From Pseudohongiellaceae bacterium (GTDB lineage Bacteria; Pseudomonadota; Gammaproteobacteria; Pseudomonadales; Pseudohongiellaceae), in assembly GCA_040880325.1 (NCBI GenBank), contig JBBDIR010000034.1, forward strand, positions 3,790-67,789: a DNA stretch of 64,000 nucleotides. Reading direction: 5' to 3'. A program made the position numbers and the translations under genes. Of the stretch, positions 56,113 to 64,000 are shown piece after piece (position 1 is the first letter of the stretch; each line of letters begins with the position of its first letter). The notes beneath the pieces are model-generated. The model was not told where the DNA came from. It made no database searches and worked only from the letters and a program-made list of their open reading frames with translations.

Positions 56113-56541
56113 ATGAATAACAAGAAGGTCATTAAGTGGGCATTGATCGGCGTTGGTGGATTGTTTCTAGCCTACGTTGCCTCCATCGTGTGGTTCGAGG
56201 TGCAGCTTGGCATTAACCAGCCACAGGGCAGCACCTCCATAGTCATAGCAACATTTAATGACGACAACCAGCGGCACGAGCGCGTGGTGCGACTCGAGCA
56301 GATCGAGGGCCAGTACTATGTCGCCGCGAATCATTGGCCACGCGCCTGGTTTAATCAGGCCGTTGAGAATCCCTCAGTAGAGGTGAAGATGTCAGACGCA
56401 GACAGATTCGAACCGTATACGGCGGTGCTGCTAGTAGGAGCAGAGCATGAGCGCATCGGAGAGATTTATACCTTCGGTTTCGAGTTTAGATTTCGAACGG
56501 GTTTTCCACCCCGGTATTTTTTGCGTCTGGAGCCCCAATAG
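56113..56541 (+). CDS. membrane-anchored protein, possibly of the DUF385/deazaflavin-dependent nitroreductase-like fold
   Basis: N-terminal TM helix. R.V.L......G.YYV.AN......W..N....P.V.V is reminiscent of DUF385. The assignment is weak. Confidence 0.4.
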   Translation: MNNKKVIKWALIGVGGLFLAYVASIVWFEVQLGINQPQGSTSIVIATFNDDNQRHERVVRLEQIEGQYYVAANHWPRAWFNQAVENPSVEVKMSDADRFEPYTAVLLVGAEHERIGEIYTFGFEFRFRTGFPPRYFLRLEPQ

Positions 56542-56574
56542 AAAACCCTCTAGAGATCGCCGGCGGCGCAAACT

Positions 56575-56602
56575 AAGGTGGTAGTTTAAAGGTGGTAGTT
56601 TA
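56575..56602. repeat. 14-bp perfect tandem duplication of the ribosome-binding region of the gamma-carbonic anhydrase gene
   Basis: AAGGTGGTAGTTTA occurs twice. The last A of copy 2 is the A of the ATG at 56602. Confidence 0.9.
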
Positions 56603-57129
56603 TGTTGTATCAATTAGGTGAGAGAAAAATCGATATCGCGGGCGCGGATTTTTTCGTCGCCGAAAGCGCGGACGTAATCGGCAATGTGCGGATAGAGAAT
56701 AATGTCAGCGTCTGGTTCAACGCGGTTATCCGCGGCGATAATGACCCTATCATCATCGGCGAAAATTCCAATATCCAGGACTGTTCCGTGCTGCACACGG
56801 ATGTAGGCTGCCCGCTGACCATAGGCAAGAACGTCACAATCGGGCACAAGGTCATGCTGCACGGCTGCACCATTGGTGATAATTCGCTGATCGGTATCAA
56901 CGCTGTCGTACTGAACGGCGCGAAGATCGGCAAGAACTGTCTAATCGGAGCTAACAGCCTAGTAACAGAGGGCAAGCAGATTCCCGATGGCTCGTTGGTG
57001 ATGGGTTCTCCGGCGAAGGTTGTCAAGACTCTGACGCAGGAGCAACAGGCCCAATTACTTCTGAGTGCGCAGATCTATGTAGAAAAGTTCAAGCAGTTCA
57101 AGAAAGAGCTGCGCGAAGATGAGCGCTAG
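56602..57129 (+). CDS. gamma-class carbonic anhydrase family (left-handed beta-helix, YrdA/PaaY-like) protein
   Basis: Hexapeptide repeats, IRGD.....IG..SNIQD..VLH and GH..MLHGC.IG. Confidence 0.85.
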   Translation: MLYQLGERKIDIAGADFFVAESADVIGNVRIENNVSVWFNAVIRGDNDPIIIGENSNIQDCSVLHTDVGCPLTIGKNVTIGHKVMLHGCTIGDNSLIGINAVVLNGAKIGKNCLIGANSLVTEGKQIPDGSLVMGSPAKVVKTLTQEQQAQLLLSAQIYVEKFKQFKKELREDER

Positions 57130-57370
57130 TTTCACCTGTGTGCTGAGCTAAACTCACCGCGCACCAGGGGTATAGGCCCTATAAGCTGTTTTTAGCGCAG
57201 ACTGATAATCTCACCCACTAGTCTCGAGAACCAGGGCACCAGCATTGCAGAGATTCATTGCAGCAATCCCAGTGTGCGGTAGAGGCAATCGATCCAAATT
57301 ACTGTATATTCTCTAAAGCCTAAGCCGTTCAGTTTGGTCGCCTGATGAAGACTCACCCCGGAGAATCAAA

Positions 57371-58363
57371 ATGAGAAGCCTTGTTACCCTGTTAATAGTT
57401 TGGCTATCTGCTAGCAGCGCTATGGCGCAGGAATACGTGGTCCCCAAGACGGAATGGGGCGTACCGAACTTCCATGGCGTGTGGAAGCACGCGACTATTA
57501 TGCCCTTCGAGAGGCCGGTAGAGTTAGGCGAGAAGCGGGCTTACACTGAGGAAGAGGCCCTCGTGCTGGAAGGCGCGGTACAACAGAAATTCGATGAGGC
57601 TAACGAGCCCCTCGACCCGGACAGGGCGCCGCCCGAAGTGGGCGAAGCCCTGCCGTCTCTGGGCAACTACGATTTATTCTGGCGCGAGGATGCCAAGTTT
57701 ATCCCCACCATCGACGGCGAGTTTCGCACCTCTGCCATTACCGATCCTGCCAACGGTCGCATGCCGGAGCGTGTCGAGGGATTTAACGAGAGAATGAATG
57801 CGCGGCCAGCGAATCGTCGCGGCCGCAACAGTGATGGCCCAGAGGGTCGCGGACTGGGAGAACGCTGCCTGCTGAACGGCAATTTCGGCAGTCCGGTTAT
57901 GCGGCCTAGTATCTACAATAGTCATCTGCAGTTTAATCAGTCGCCGGGTTATATCAGCATCACCACGGAAATGGCGCACGATACGCGTATCATCAAGATA
58001 GCCGACGAACACAATCCGGCCGCCGCGGTGCAAGGGAAATGGATGGGCGATTCAATCGGGCGCTGGGAAGGAGAAACGCTGGTTGTTGAAACCAGATACT
58101 TTAATGACTGGCAGACATTGTACGGCGTGCCTACCGAAAATCTGACCGTCATCGAAACATTCAGAAGAGACTCTAACAATAAAATGATCTATGGCTTTAC
58201 GGTGAATGACCCGAGTGTGTTCACCGAGCCGTTCTCGGGTCAATATGCACTCTCGAGAATTGACGAAGAGATCTACGAATACGCCTGCCATGAGGGCAAC
58301 TATGGAATGACAGGCATCCTCGGAGGTGCGCGCCGCCTCGAACAGCTCGGCTTGGAACCCTAA
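57371..58363 (+). CDS. exported protein of an unassigned family, paralogue 3 of 3
   Basis: Signal peptide is present. Family blocks: TEWGVPNFHGVW, GPEGRGLGERCL, YNSHLQF, WMGDSIGRWEGETLVVETRYF and YEYACHEGNYGM. Confidence 0.8.
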   Translation: MRSLVTLLIVWLSASSAMAQEYVVPKTEWGVPNFHGVWKHATIMPFERPVELGEKRAYTEEEALVLEGAVQQKFDEANEPLDPDRAPPEVGEALPSLGNYDLFWREDAKFIPTIDGEFRTSAITDPANGRMPERVEGFNERMNARPANRRGRNSDGPEGRGLGERCLLNGNFGSPVMRPSIYNSHLQFNQSPGYISITTEMAHDTRIIKIADEHNPAAAVQGKWMGDSIGRWEGETLVVETRYFNDWQTLYGVPTENLTVIETFRRDSNNKMIYGFTVNDPSVFTEPFSGQYALSRIDEEIYEYACHEGNYGMTGILGGARRLEQLGLEP

Positions 58364-58453
58364 TATATATTTGATGGAACTTGATATAAACAAGCAGTAA
58401 GAGCCCAAGGCAGGGCTGTTAGCCTAACTTGGTTACTATGGAGAAGAATAGAA

Positions 58454-58915
58454 ATGACGAGTGTTAGAAGATCGCGAATTTTATCATTAGCCCTGGCGTC
58501 GTTTGTCTTCGCGGGCATGCTTACAGAGGCTACTGCTCAGGAGAGAACCTACATCAACCCGAACCATGCATCGCAAGCGGATGTCTCGCCCTTTAGCGGT
58601 GCCGTCATGACAGGCAACACCCTGTATATATCGGGCACCCTGGGTCTGGAGAATGGTGCAGTACCGGCCGACCCGGCGGCCGAGGCGCGCAATGTATTAA
58701 ACGGTATCAAGGGGCAGCTGGAAGACGCGGGCATGACCATGGATGACCTAACTTATGTGCAGATCTTCTGTTCTGACCTTTCTCTGTATCAGGTCTTCAA
58801 TGATGTTTATCGCACCTTCTTTACGCAGGAATTTCCAGCTCGAGCGTTTATTGGAGCGGGAAGTCTGTTGTTCGACGCGAACTTTGAGATCCAGGCGATT
58901 GCAGTAAAACGGTAA
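58454..58915 (+). CDS. RidA/YjgF-family protein with N-terminal signal peptide
   Basis: GNTLYISG and ARAFIGAG...D..FEI.A.A family blocks. The N-terminus MTSVRRSRILSLALASFVFAGMLTEATAQ looks like an export signal. Confidence 0.8.
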   Translation: MTSVRRSRILSLALASFVFAGMLTEATAQERTYINPNHASQADVSPFSGAVMTGNTLYISGTLGLENGAVPADPAAEARNVLNGIKGQLEDAGMTMDDLTYVQIFCSDLSLYQVFNDVYRTFFTQEFPARAFIGAGSLLFDANFEIQAIAVKR

Positions 58916-58929
58916 TGGGATAAAAGTAG

Positions 58930-59553
58930 ATGTTCTACGAACCCAAGAAGAAAAATCACGGACTAGCCAGGAATCCATTCAATAGCCTTATTATCCCGCG
59001 CCCTATCGGCTGGATTAGTTCTTGTGATGAGAAGGGCGTGGCGAATCTCGCCCCTTACAGTTTCTTTAACGCGGTGAGTTATAGCCCGCCCACCGTCATG
59101 TTTTCCGGTGGCGTGGGAACAGCCGCAGATGGACTGAAAGACTCAGTGCGAAATATCGAAGCGACGGGAGAGTTTGTTTGTAATCTCGCCACCTGGGATA
59201 CACGCGATCAAATGAATAACTCTTCGCAGGCAGTTGCACCGGCTGTCGATGAGATAGTACTTGCCGGCCTCACTCCAATCACCTCATCCATAGTGGCTGC
59301 GCCGCGGATCGAAGAGGCACCTGTACATTTGGAATGCCGCTACCTCAAGAGTGTGGATATTCCCGGGTGGACTGCGGCAGATGCTTTCCGCGTTATTTTC
59401 GGAGAAGTCGTTGGAATTCATATCGATGATGATTTTATCACCGACGATGGTCTGATCGATGTGGCGAAGATGTTAGTCATCGGCAGGCTGGGATACAGCG
59501 ACTATGCCCGCGTGGATAGCGATTCTGTTTTTAGTATGGAGCGCCCCGGCTAA
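58930..59553 (+). CDS. flavin reductase family protein
   Basis: PRPIGWISSCDEKGVANLAPYSFFNAVSYSPPTVMFS is typical of the flavin reductase-like FMN-binding domain. The gene starts 14 nt after RidA. Confidence 0.85.
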   Translation: MFYEPKKKNHGLARNPFNSLIIPRPIGWISSCDEKGVANLAPYSFFNAVSYSPPTVMFSGGVGTAADGLKDSVRNIEATGEFVCNLATWDTRDQMNNSSQAVAPAVDEIVLAGLTPITSSIVAAPRIEEAPVHLECRYLKSVDIPGWTAADAFRVIFGEVVGIHIDDDFITDDGLIDVAKMLVIGRLGYSDYARVDSDSVFSMERPG

Positions 59554-59579
59554 TTGTCGCTATACTGAATATACCCGTA

Positions 59580-59793
59580 CACTGCTGTCCCATAAATCTA
59601 TGAAGACATGAATCCGGTTTAAGCTGCGATACCGTCACCAGCAGGGATGCTGGTGCCGAGCCCCCATGGTGGGTTCACGGCGTGTCTCGGCGGCTTAAAC
59701 CGGGTTCATGTCCGGCACTGTACTGATCGGCTGTGAAACTCTATGTCTACTGGATTGTATAAAAGCATTACTGAGATTTGTGGGACAGCAGTG
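59580..59793 (+). mobile_element. MITE copy 3 (214 bp, the most complete member relative to copy 1)
   Basis: CACTGCTGTCCCATAAATC ... GATTTGTGGGACAGCAGTG. A perfect 9-bp direct repeat ATACCCGTA flanks the element at 59571-59579 and 59794-59802. It contains a nested 98-bp block with its own inverted ends CCGGTTTAAGC / GCTTAAACCGG. Confidence 0.85.
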
Positions 59794-59872
59794 ATACCCG
59801 TACTGAAATTTGGATAGTCAGATTCAGGACGTAGTCGGAGTGATTCAGTTACAATCGAAGCAGCGCGCCTTT

Positions 59873-59908
59873 TAACACATCTAACACATCTAACGCATCG
59901 AACGCATC
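59873..59908. repeat. 9-bp tandem repeat, 4 copies (TAACACATC x2, TAACGCATC, GAACGCATC)
   Basis: Read directly from the sequence. The array lies 22 nt upstream of the ATG of the MBL gene at 59931. Confidence 0.9.
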
Positions 59909-59930
59909 GATAACAAGAAGAGGTTCTCAA

Positions 59931-60830
59931 ATGATTTCTATAAACAGAAACCTTCAATCAATTAGGTTGGCCGTATGTGCTGTCCTGGCAGTGCCGCTGT
60001 TAGCCACGGCTCAAGACTTCAGTAACATCGAGATAACCACCATCCCGGTGCGCGACAATATTTACATGCTGCAAGGTAGCGGTGGCAATATCGGCGTCTC
60101 AGTCGGCGACGACGGCGTCATCATCATCGATGACCAGTTTGGGCCTCTGACCCAAAAGATCGAGGCGGCAATTTCCCAGCTGAGCAACAAGCCAGTGACT
60201 TTCGTGATGAATTCTCACTTTCACTACGACCACACCGACGGCAATACAAATTTCGGCAGGGCTGGCGCCTACATCGTTGCCCAGGATAACGCGCGCAAAC
60301 GCATGGAGAGCGTTCAGGTGCTCTCTGGCAGCGGTCGCGTGCAGGAGCCCTATGAGCCTGTCGGCCTGCCCAAGATTACCTTCGAAGACAAAATGCGTTT
60401 CTACTTCAATGGCAATGCGGTCGATATCGTCAACACCGGCGACGGCCACACCGACGGCGATGCCCAGATTTTTTTTCGTGAGGCTAACGTGATTCATACC
60501 GGCGATATGTTCGTGCGCTACGGCTTGCCATTCACCGATAGAGATAATGGCGGAACCACCGATGGCATGATCGACGCACTATGGAACATAGCGGCGTTAA
60601 TCAATGACGACACTATCATCATTCCAGGACACGGCGAGCTTTCGAATCGCGCCGACCTGTTAGCCTTTCGCGATATGTTGGTTGTTATACGCGGGCGCCT
60701 GACACGAGCGAAGGTACAGGGAATGTCGGCCGCGCAGATGCTAGCCACCGAGCCCGCCGATGGATATGCGCCAGCGAACGACAACACTAACGGCTGGTTG
60801 TTACAGGCCTATGCCGAGTACGTAGACTAG
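59931..60830 (+). CDS. exported MBL-fold metallo-hydrolase
   Basis: Signal peptide, HFHYDHTDGN (HxHxDH), GHTDGD and a later HG. Confidence 0.85.
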   Translation: MISINRNLQSIRLAVCAVLAVPLLATAQDFSNIEITTIPVRDNIYMLQGSGGNIGVSVGDDGVIIIDDQFGPLTQKIEAAISQLSNKPVTFVMNSHFHYDHTDGNTNFGRAGAYIVAQDNARKRMESVQVLSGSGRVQEPYEPVGLPKITFEDKMRFYFNGNAVDIVNTGDGHTDGDAQIFFREANVIHTGDMFVRYGLPFTDRDNGGTTDGMIDALWNIAALINDDTIIIPGHGELSNRADLLAFRDMLVVIRGRLTRAKVQGMSAAQMLATEPADGYAPANDNTNGWLLQAYAEYVD

Positions 60831-60866
60831 CCGTTAGGATGGACCTGTGCCAAATCCAGGTTTCGC

Positions 60867-63191
60867 TTATTTTCGGGCATTCGCTGCATCTTCCAACAGG
60901 GCACCAAAGCTACCCACTGCGGGCTTGGCTGGCGCTCGTGGGGCCGGTGTCGGTCGACCGGCTCGATCGCCACCAGCCGCTTCGGTATTCTTGCGCGAAG
61001 CCTTCGCTTGCAGCTCATCATCGAGCCGCATGGTTAGCGCGATACGCTTCCTTTGCACATCCACCTCCATGACTTTAACCGTCACCACGTCGCCGGTCTT
61101 CACTACCGTGTGTGGGTCTTTCACGAACTGATTCGACAGCGCTGAGATGTGTACCAAGCCATCCTGATGCACACCGATATCCACGAAGGCACCGAAGTTG
61201 GTCACGTTGGTGATCACGCCTTCGAGTCGCATGCCGGCTTCGAGGTCTTTTATGGATTCGATGCCGTCTTTGAACTCGGCGGTCTTGAATTCCGGCCTTG
61301 GGTCGCGGCCAGGTTTCTCCAGCTCCGCAAGAATGTCGGTTACGGTGGGCAGGCCAAACTTCTCATCGATGTAGTCAGCTGGATTCAATTTCGAGAGGAA
61401 GCCGCGATCGCCCATCATGTCGGCCAACAGTTTCTTGCTCATCGAGCCGATCTTCTCCACAACGCTATAAGACTCAGGATGCACAGCCGAAGCATCAAGC
61501 GGGTTATCGCCGTTGACGATGCGCAGAAAGCCAGCGGCCTGTTCAAAGCTCTTCTCGCCGAAACGGGGCACCTTCTTTAGCTGGCGCCGGTTCTTGAACT
61601 CGCCGTGCTGATTGCGATACTCGACAATGTTGCCTGCGATGGAAGTCGAGAGGCCGGAGACCTGTTTCAGTAGTGCGGCGGACGCCATGTTTACATCGAC
61701 ACCGACCGCATTCACGCAGTCTTCCACTACCGCGTTCAAACTCTGTCCGAGTTTGAACTGGCTGACATCGTGTTGATACTGTCCTACGCCGATAGATTTG
61801 GGGTCGAGTTTCACCAATTCGGCAAGTGGGTCCTGCAGCCTTCTTGCGATAGATATTGCGCCGCGCACAGTTACGTCCAGATCGGGGAATTCTTCTCTGG
61901 CGATGTCCGAGGCCGAATACACTGACGCGCCTGCCTCATTCACCATGGCCTTATCGAGTTTCAGTTCCTTGTGACGTTTGATCAGGTCGCCGGCGAGCTT
62001 GTCGGTCTCCCGAGATGCGGTGCCATTGCCGATGGCGATAAGTTCTACGTCGTGCTTCTTCGCCAGCTTGGCTAACACCGCAATCGACTCGTCCCATTGG
62101 TTTCTTGGCTGGTGTGGATAGATGGCGGTGTCTTCCAAAAACTTGCCGGTGCGATCGACAACGCAAACCTTCACGCCGGTGCGCAGGCCAGGGTCCAATC
62201 CCAGCGTTACCTTGTTGCCCGCCGGGGGCGCTAACAGAATCGCTTTCATATTTTCTGTGAACACACGAATAGCTTCGTCGTCGGATTGCTCGCGAAGCTG
62301 GCCGAGCAAGTCCGTCTGCAGTCGGTAGATGAGCTTGACGCGCCAGGTCCAGCTTACTACCTCGCGCAGCCATTTATCGGCAGGGCGGTTCTTGTTCTCG
62401 ATGCCGAAGTGTTGAGCCACCATGCCTTCGCAGGGGTCCGTCGCAGCTGATTCCACGCCCGCGCTGCCAATTTCTACCGACAGGAAGCCCTCCTTGCGTC
62501 CACGAAAAACGGCAAGAGCACGATGTGAAGGGATCTTGTTCAGCCGTTCGCTGTAGTCGAAGTAGTCGGTGAACTTGGCGGCGTCGTGCTTGTTCTTTTC
62601 CACTACGCTGGCGCGCAGCTCGCCGTTGTCCCACAGATGTTTGCGCAGTCTGCCGGTCAAGGCCGCGTCTTCGCTGAAGCGTTCCATCAGTATGTCGCGG
62701 GCGCCGTCCAGCACTGCTTTGCTGTCATCGAAGCCCTCAGTTTTGAACTTCGCAGACTCTAGCTCAGGGTCGAGATTAGGGTCGGCGAACAAGCCGTCGG
62801 CCAGAGGCTCCAGGCCAGCCTCGATGGCTATCATGGCCTTGCTGCGGCGCTTCGGCTTGTAGGGCAGGTACAGGTCTTCGAGTTCGGTCTTGGTCTCGGC
62901 TTGGCGTATCTGTTTCTCTAACTCCGGCGTCAGCTTGTCCTGTTCATCGATGCTGGCAAGCACTGTCTCTACCCGCTCGTTCATCTCACGCAGATAGCGC
63001 AGGCGCAGTTCCAGATCGCGCAGTTGCAGATCGTCTAGCCCGCCGGTCGCTTCTTTTCGATAGCGCGAGATGAAGGGCACAGTCGAGCCTTCATCGAGCA
63101 GGGTAATGGCGGCGTCAACTTGTTGGGCTTTGATGTTGAGTTCGGTGGCGATCTTCTGGGTTAGCAGCACAGAAGGGGTGGTAGCGGTCAT
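60867..63191 (-). CDS. tex: Tex-family transcription accessory protein with C-terminal S1 domain
   Basis: [24 protein letters not shown] near the N-terminus, YqgF/HhH regions, and the S1 domain [21 protein letters not shown]. The start is set at Met 63191 by comparison with E. coli YhgF. Confidence 0.95.
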   Translation of the reverse strand: MTATTPSVLLTQKIATELNIKAQQVDAAITLLDEGSTVPFISRYRKEATGGLDDLQLRDLELRLRYLREMNERVETVLASIDEQDKLTPELEKQIRQAETKTELEDLYLPYKPKRRSKAMIAIEAGLEPLADGLFADPNLDPELESAKFKTEGFDDSKAVLDGARDILMERFSEDAALTGRLRKHLWDNGELRASVVEKNKHDAAKFTDYFDYSERLNKIPSHRALAVFRGRKEGFLSVEIGSAGVESAATDPCEGMVAQHFGIENKNRPADKWLREVVSWTWRVKLIYRLQTDLLGQLREQSDDEAIRVFTENMKAILLAPPAGNKVTLGLDPGLRTGVKVCVVDRTGKFLEDTAIYPHQPRNQWDESIAVLAKLAKKHDVELIAIGNGTASRETDKLAGDLIKRHKELKLDKAMVNEAGASVYSASDIAREEFPDLDVTVRGAISIARRLQDPLAELVKLDPKSIGVGQYQHDVSQFKLGQSLNAVVEDCVNAVGVDVNMASAALLKQVSGLSTSIAGNIVEYRNQHGEFKNRRQLKKVPRFGEKSFEQAAGFLRIVNGDNPLDASAVHPESYSVVEKIGSMSKKLLADMMGDRGFLSKLNPADYIDEKFGLPTVTDILAELEKPGRDPRPEFKTAEFKDGIESIKDLEAGMRLEGVITNVTNFGAFVDIGVHQDGLVHISALSNQFVKDPHTVVKTGDVVTVKVMEVDVQRKRIALTMRLDDELQAKASRKNTEAAGGDRAGRPTPAPRAPAKPAVGSFGALLEDAANARK

Positions 63192-63325
63192 TAAAATCCT
63201 GGTCCCCTGGTATCGGGTAGTGGGTGAATATGAAGCGATCAAGTGCTATGGCGCGTCCAAGCGGGGGCTATTCTATGACGAATTGCCGCAAGTGATAAGT
63301 GGCCTGTTGCTATTAGTGTTTGGCT

Positions 63326-63532
63326 TCACAGCTGAATAAATTTTGGTGCAAACAGCAGTGCGATACCGATGACGATCAGCATGATTGGGTCGGAGATCAT
63401 ATAGGGGTATAGCATCAAGCCCAGACCGCTATAGAACGCGATCTTGTGTTTTTGCTTCTTGCCGTAGATGAAGTAACCCAGACCGAGGGAACTGAATATC
63501 AGGCTGATGAGAAGATAGGAGGTATCAAACAT
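63326..63532 (-). CDS. small two-helix membrane protein
   Basis: 68 aa with two hydrophobic helices separated by KKQKHK. Confidence 0.5.
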   Translation of the reverse strand: MFDTSYLLISLIFSSLGLGYFIYGKKQKHKIAFYSGLGLMLYPYMISDPIMLIVIGIALLFAPKFIQL

Positions 63533-63587
63533 AGCTATGCTCTCACCTTGGCTGGCATTGTAAAATTCAGAAAGCCGCCAAGGCTAG

Positions 63588-63917
63588 TTAGTTCCACTCG
63601 CTTCCATCATAGTAGCGTGTTCCTCTGTGGCCCTTCCTCGCTACTGCCTTTTTGATCGTCTCTCCCGGACACTCTACCAAAATCAGAGTTCGAGCTTGTC
63701 CCGATTTCGGATTCACCGCGCCGCCGATCAACTCCTTGATGCGCAGCCTGCCGCGCAGTTCATCATGGAAGATCGTGTAGACGAAGTCGCCGACATTGAG
63801 CCTGGACGGCTTTCCCGCCATGTGAAATTCGAACTCGGCGATGGATCCATCGAAGAGGGATGCTATGCCCGCATCGCCGCGCGCGGCAGGAATGGTTTTA
63901 GTGATACCGAAACCCAT
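63588..63917 (-). CDS. hypothetical protein
   Basis: 109-aa ORF. It starts 14 nt downstream of the stop of the partial gene at the window edge. I recognise no family. Confidence 0.5.
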   Translation of the reverse strand: MGFGITKTIPAARGDAGIASLFDGSIAEFEFHMAGKPSRLNVGDFVYTIFHDELRGRLRIKELIGGAVNPKSGQARTLILVECPGETIKKAVARKGHRGTRYYDGSEWN

Positions 63918-63931
63918 ACTTTGTAATGGTC

Positions 63932-64000
63932 CTAGCTGAACATATCGAAGCGGCCGAAATCATCGCCGAATAAATTGGCAGAATTTCCATATTCCAGCCA
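63932..64000 (-). CDS. 3' end of a gene whose start lies beyond the window
   Basis: The reverse strand reads ...WLEYGNSANLFGDDFGRFDMFS followed by a stop (CTA at 63932-63934). The frame is open to the window edge. Confidence 0.4.
   Translation of the reverse strand, partial: WLEYGNSANLFGDDFGRFDMFS

Noticed and set aside
59706-59957. ORF containing CVRCVRCVRCV
   Set aside because: The repeat is an artefact of translating the 9-bp tandem repeat and part of MITE copy 3 on the - strand.

Overview
This is a chromosomal window of roughly 50% GC by eye. The gene set (RdgC, YaeQ, a YbcJ-like S4 protein, YehS/DUF1456, TIGR02647, Tex) suggests a marine or aquatic gammaproteobacterium. I count about 60 protein genes and one tRNA-Gly(CCC). 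Exported or lipoprotein hydrolases dominate: an S46 dipeptidyl-peptidase, M1 aminopeptidase N, a class-C-like serine hydrolase and several MBL-fold proteins. There are also three PQQ-type dehydrogenases, OPT, CaCA and SulP transporters, beta- and gamma-class carbonic anhydrases, two LysR regulators and a MoxR-DUF58-transglutaminase operon. I see no CRISPR array, integrase, transposase, phage module, toxin-antitoxin pair or recognisable defence operon. I could not identify a coherent novel multi-gene system, and most of the window is ordinary core or accessory metabolism. Eight things merit a second look. (1) Three paralogues of an exported protein family I cannot assign to any characterised family, with shared motifs GPEDRGLSERCL, WxGDSxGxWxGxTLVVETRxF and CH(E/S)GNY. 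(2) A family of three non-autonomous transposable elements (MITEs) with shared CACTGCTGTCCCA termini and 9-bp target-site duplications, plus two unrelated long palindromic elements. (3) Nine short perfect tandem duplications (units of 7-18 bp) sitting at gene boundaries, several of which duplicate a stop codon or a ribosome-binding site. (4) An in-frame TAG between a signal peptide and an MBL-fold domain. (5) A frameshift that separates the conserved C-terminus of a PQQ sugar dehydrogenase. (6) Two enzyme homologues with substituted catalytic motifs: a reprolysin-like protein without HExxH and a NucA-like protein with DRGH replaced by ERVR. (7) A LysR / beta-carbonic anhydrase / SulP module. 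(8) A RidA homologue carrying a signal peptide. All family assignments come from motif recognition by eye; no database search or alignment was run.
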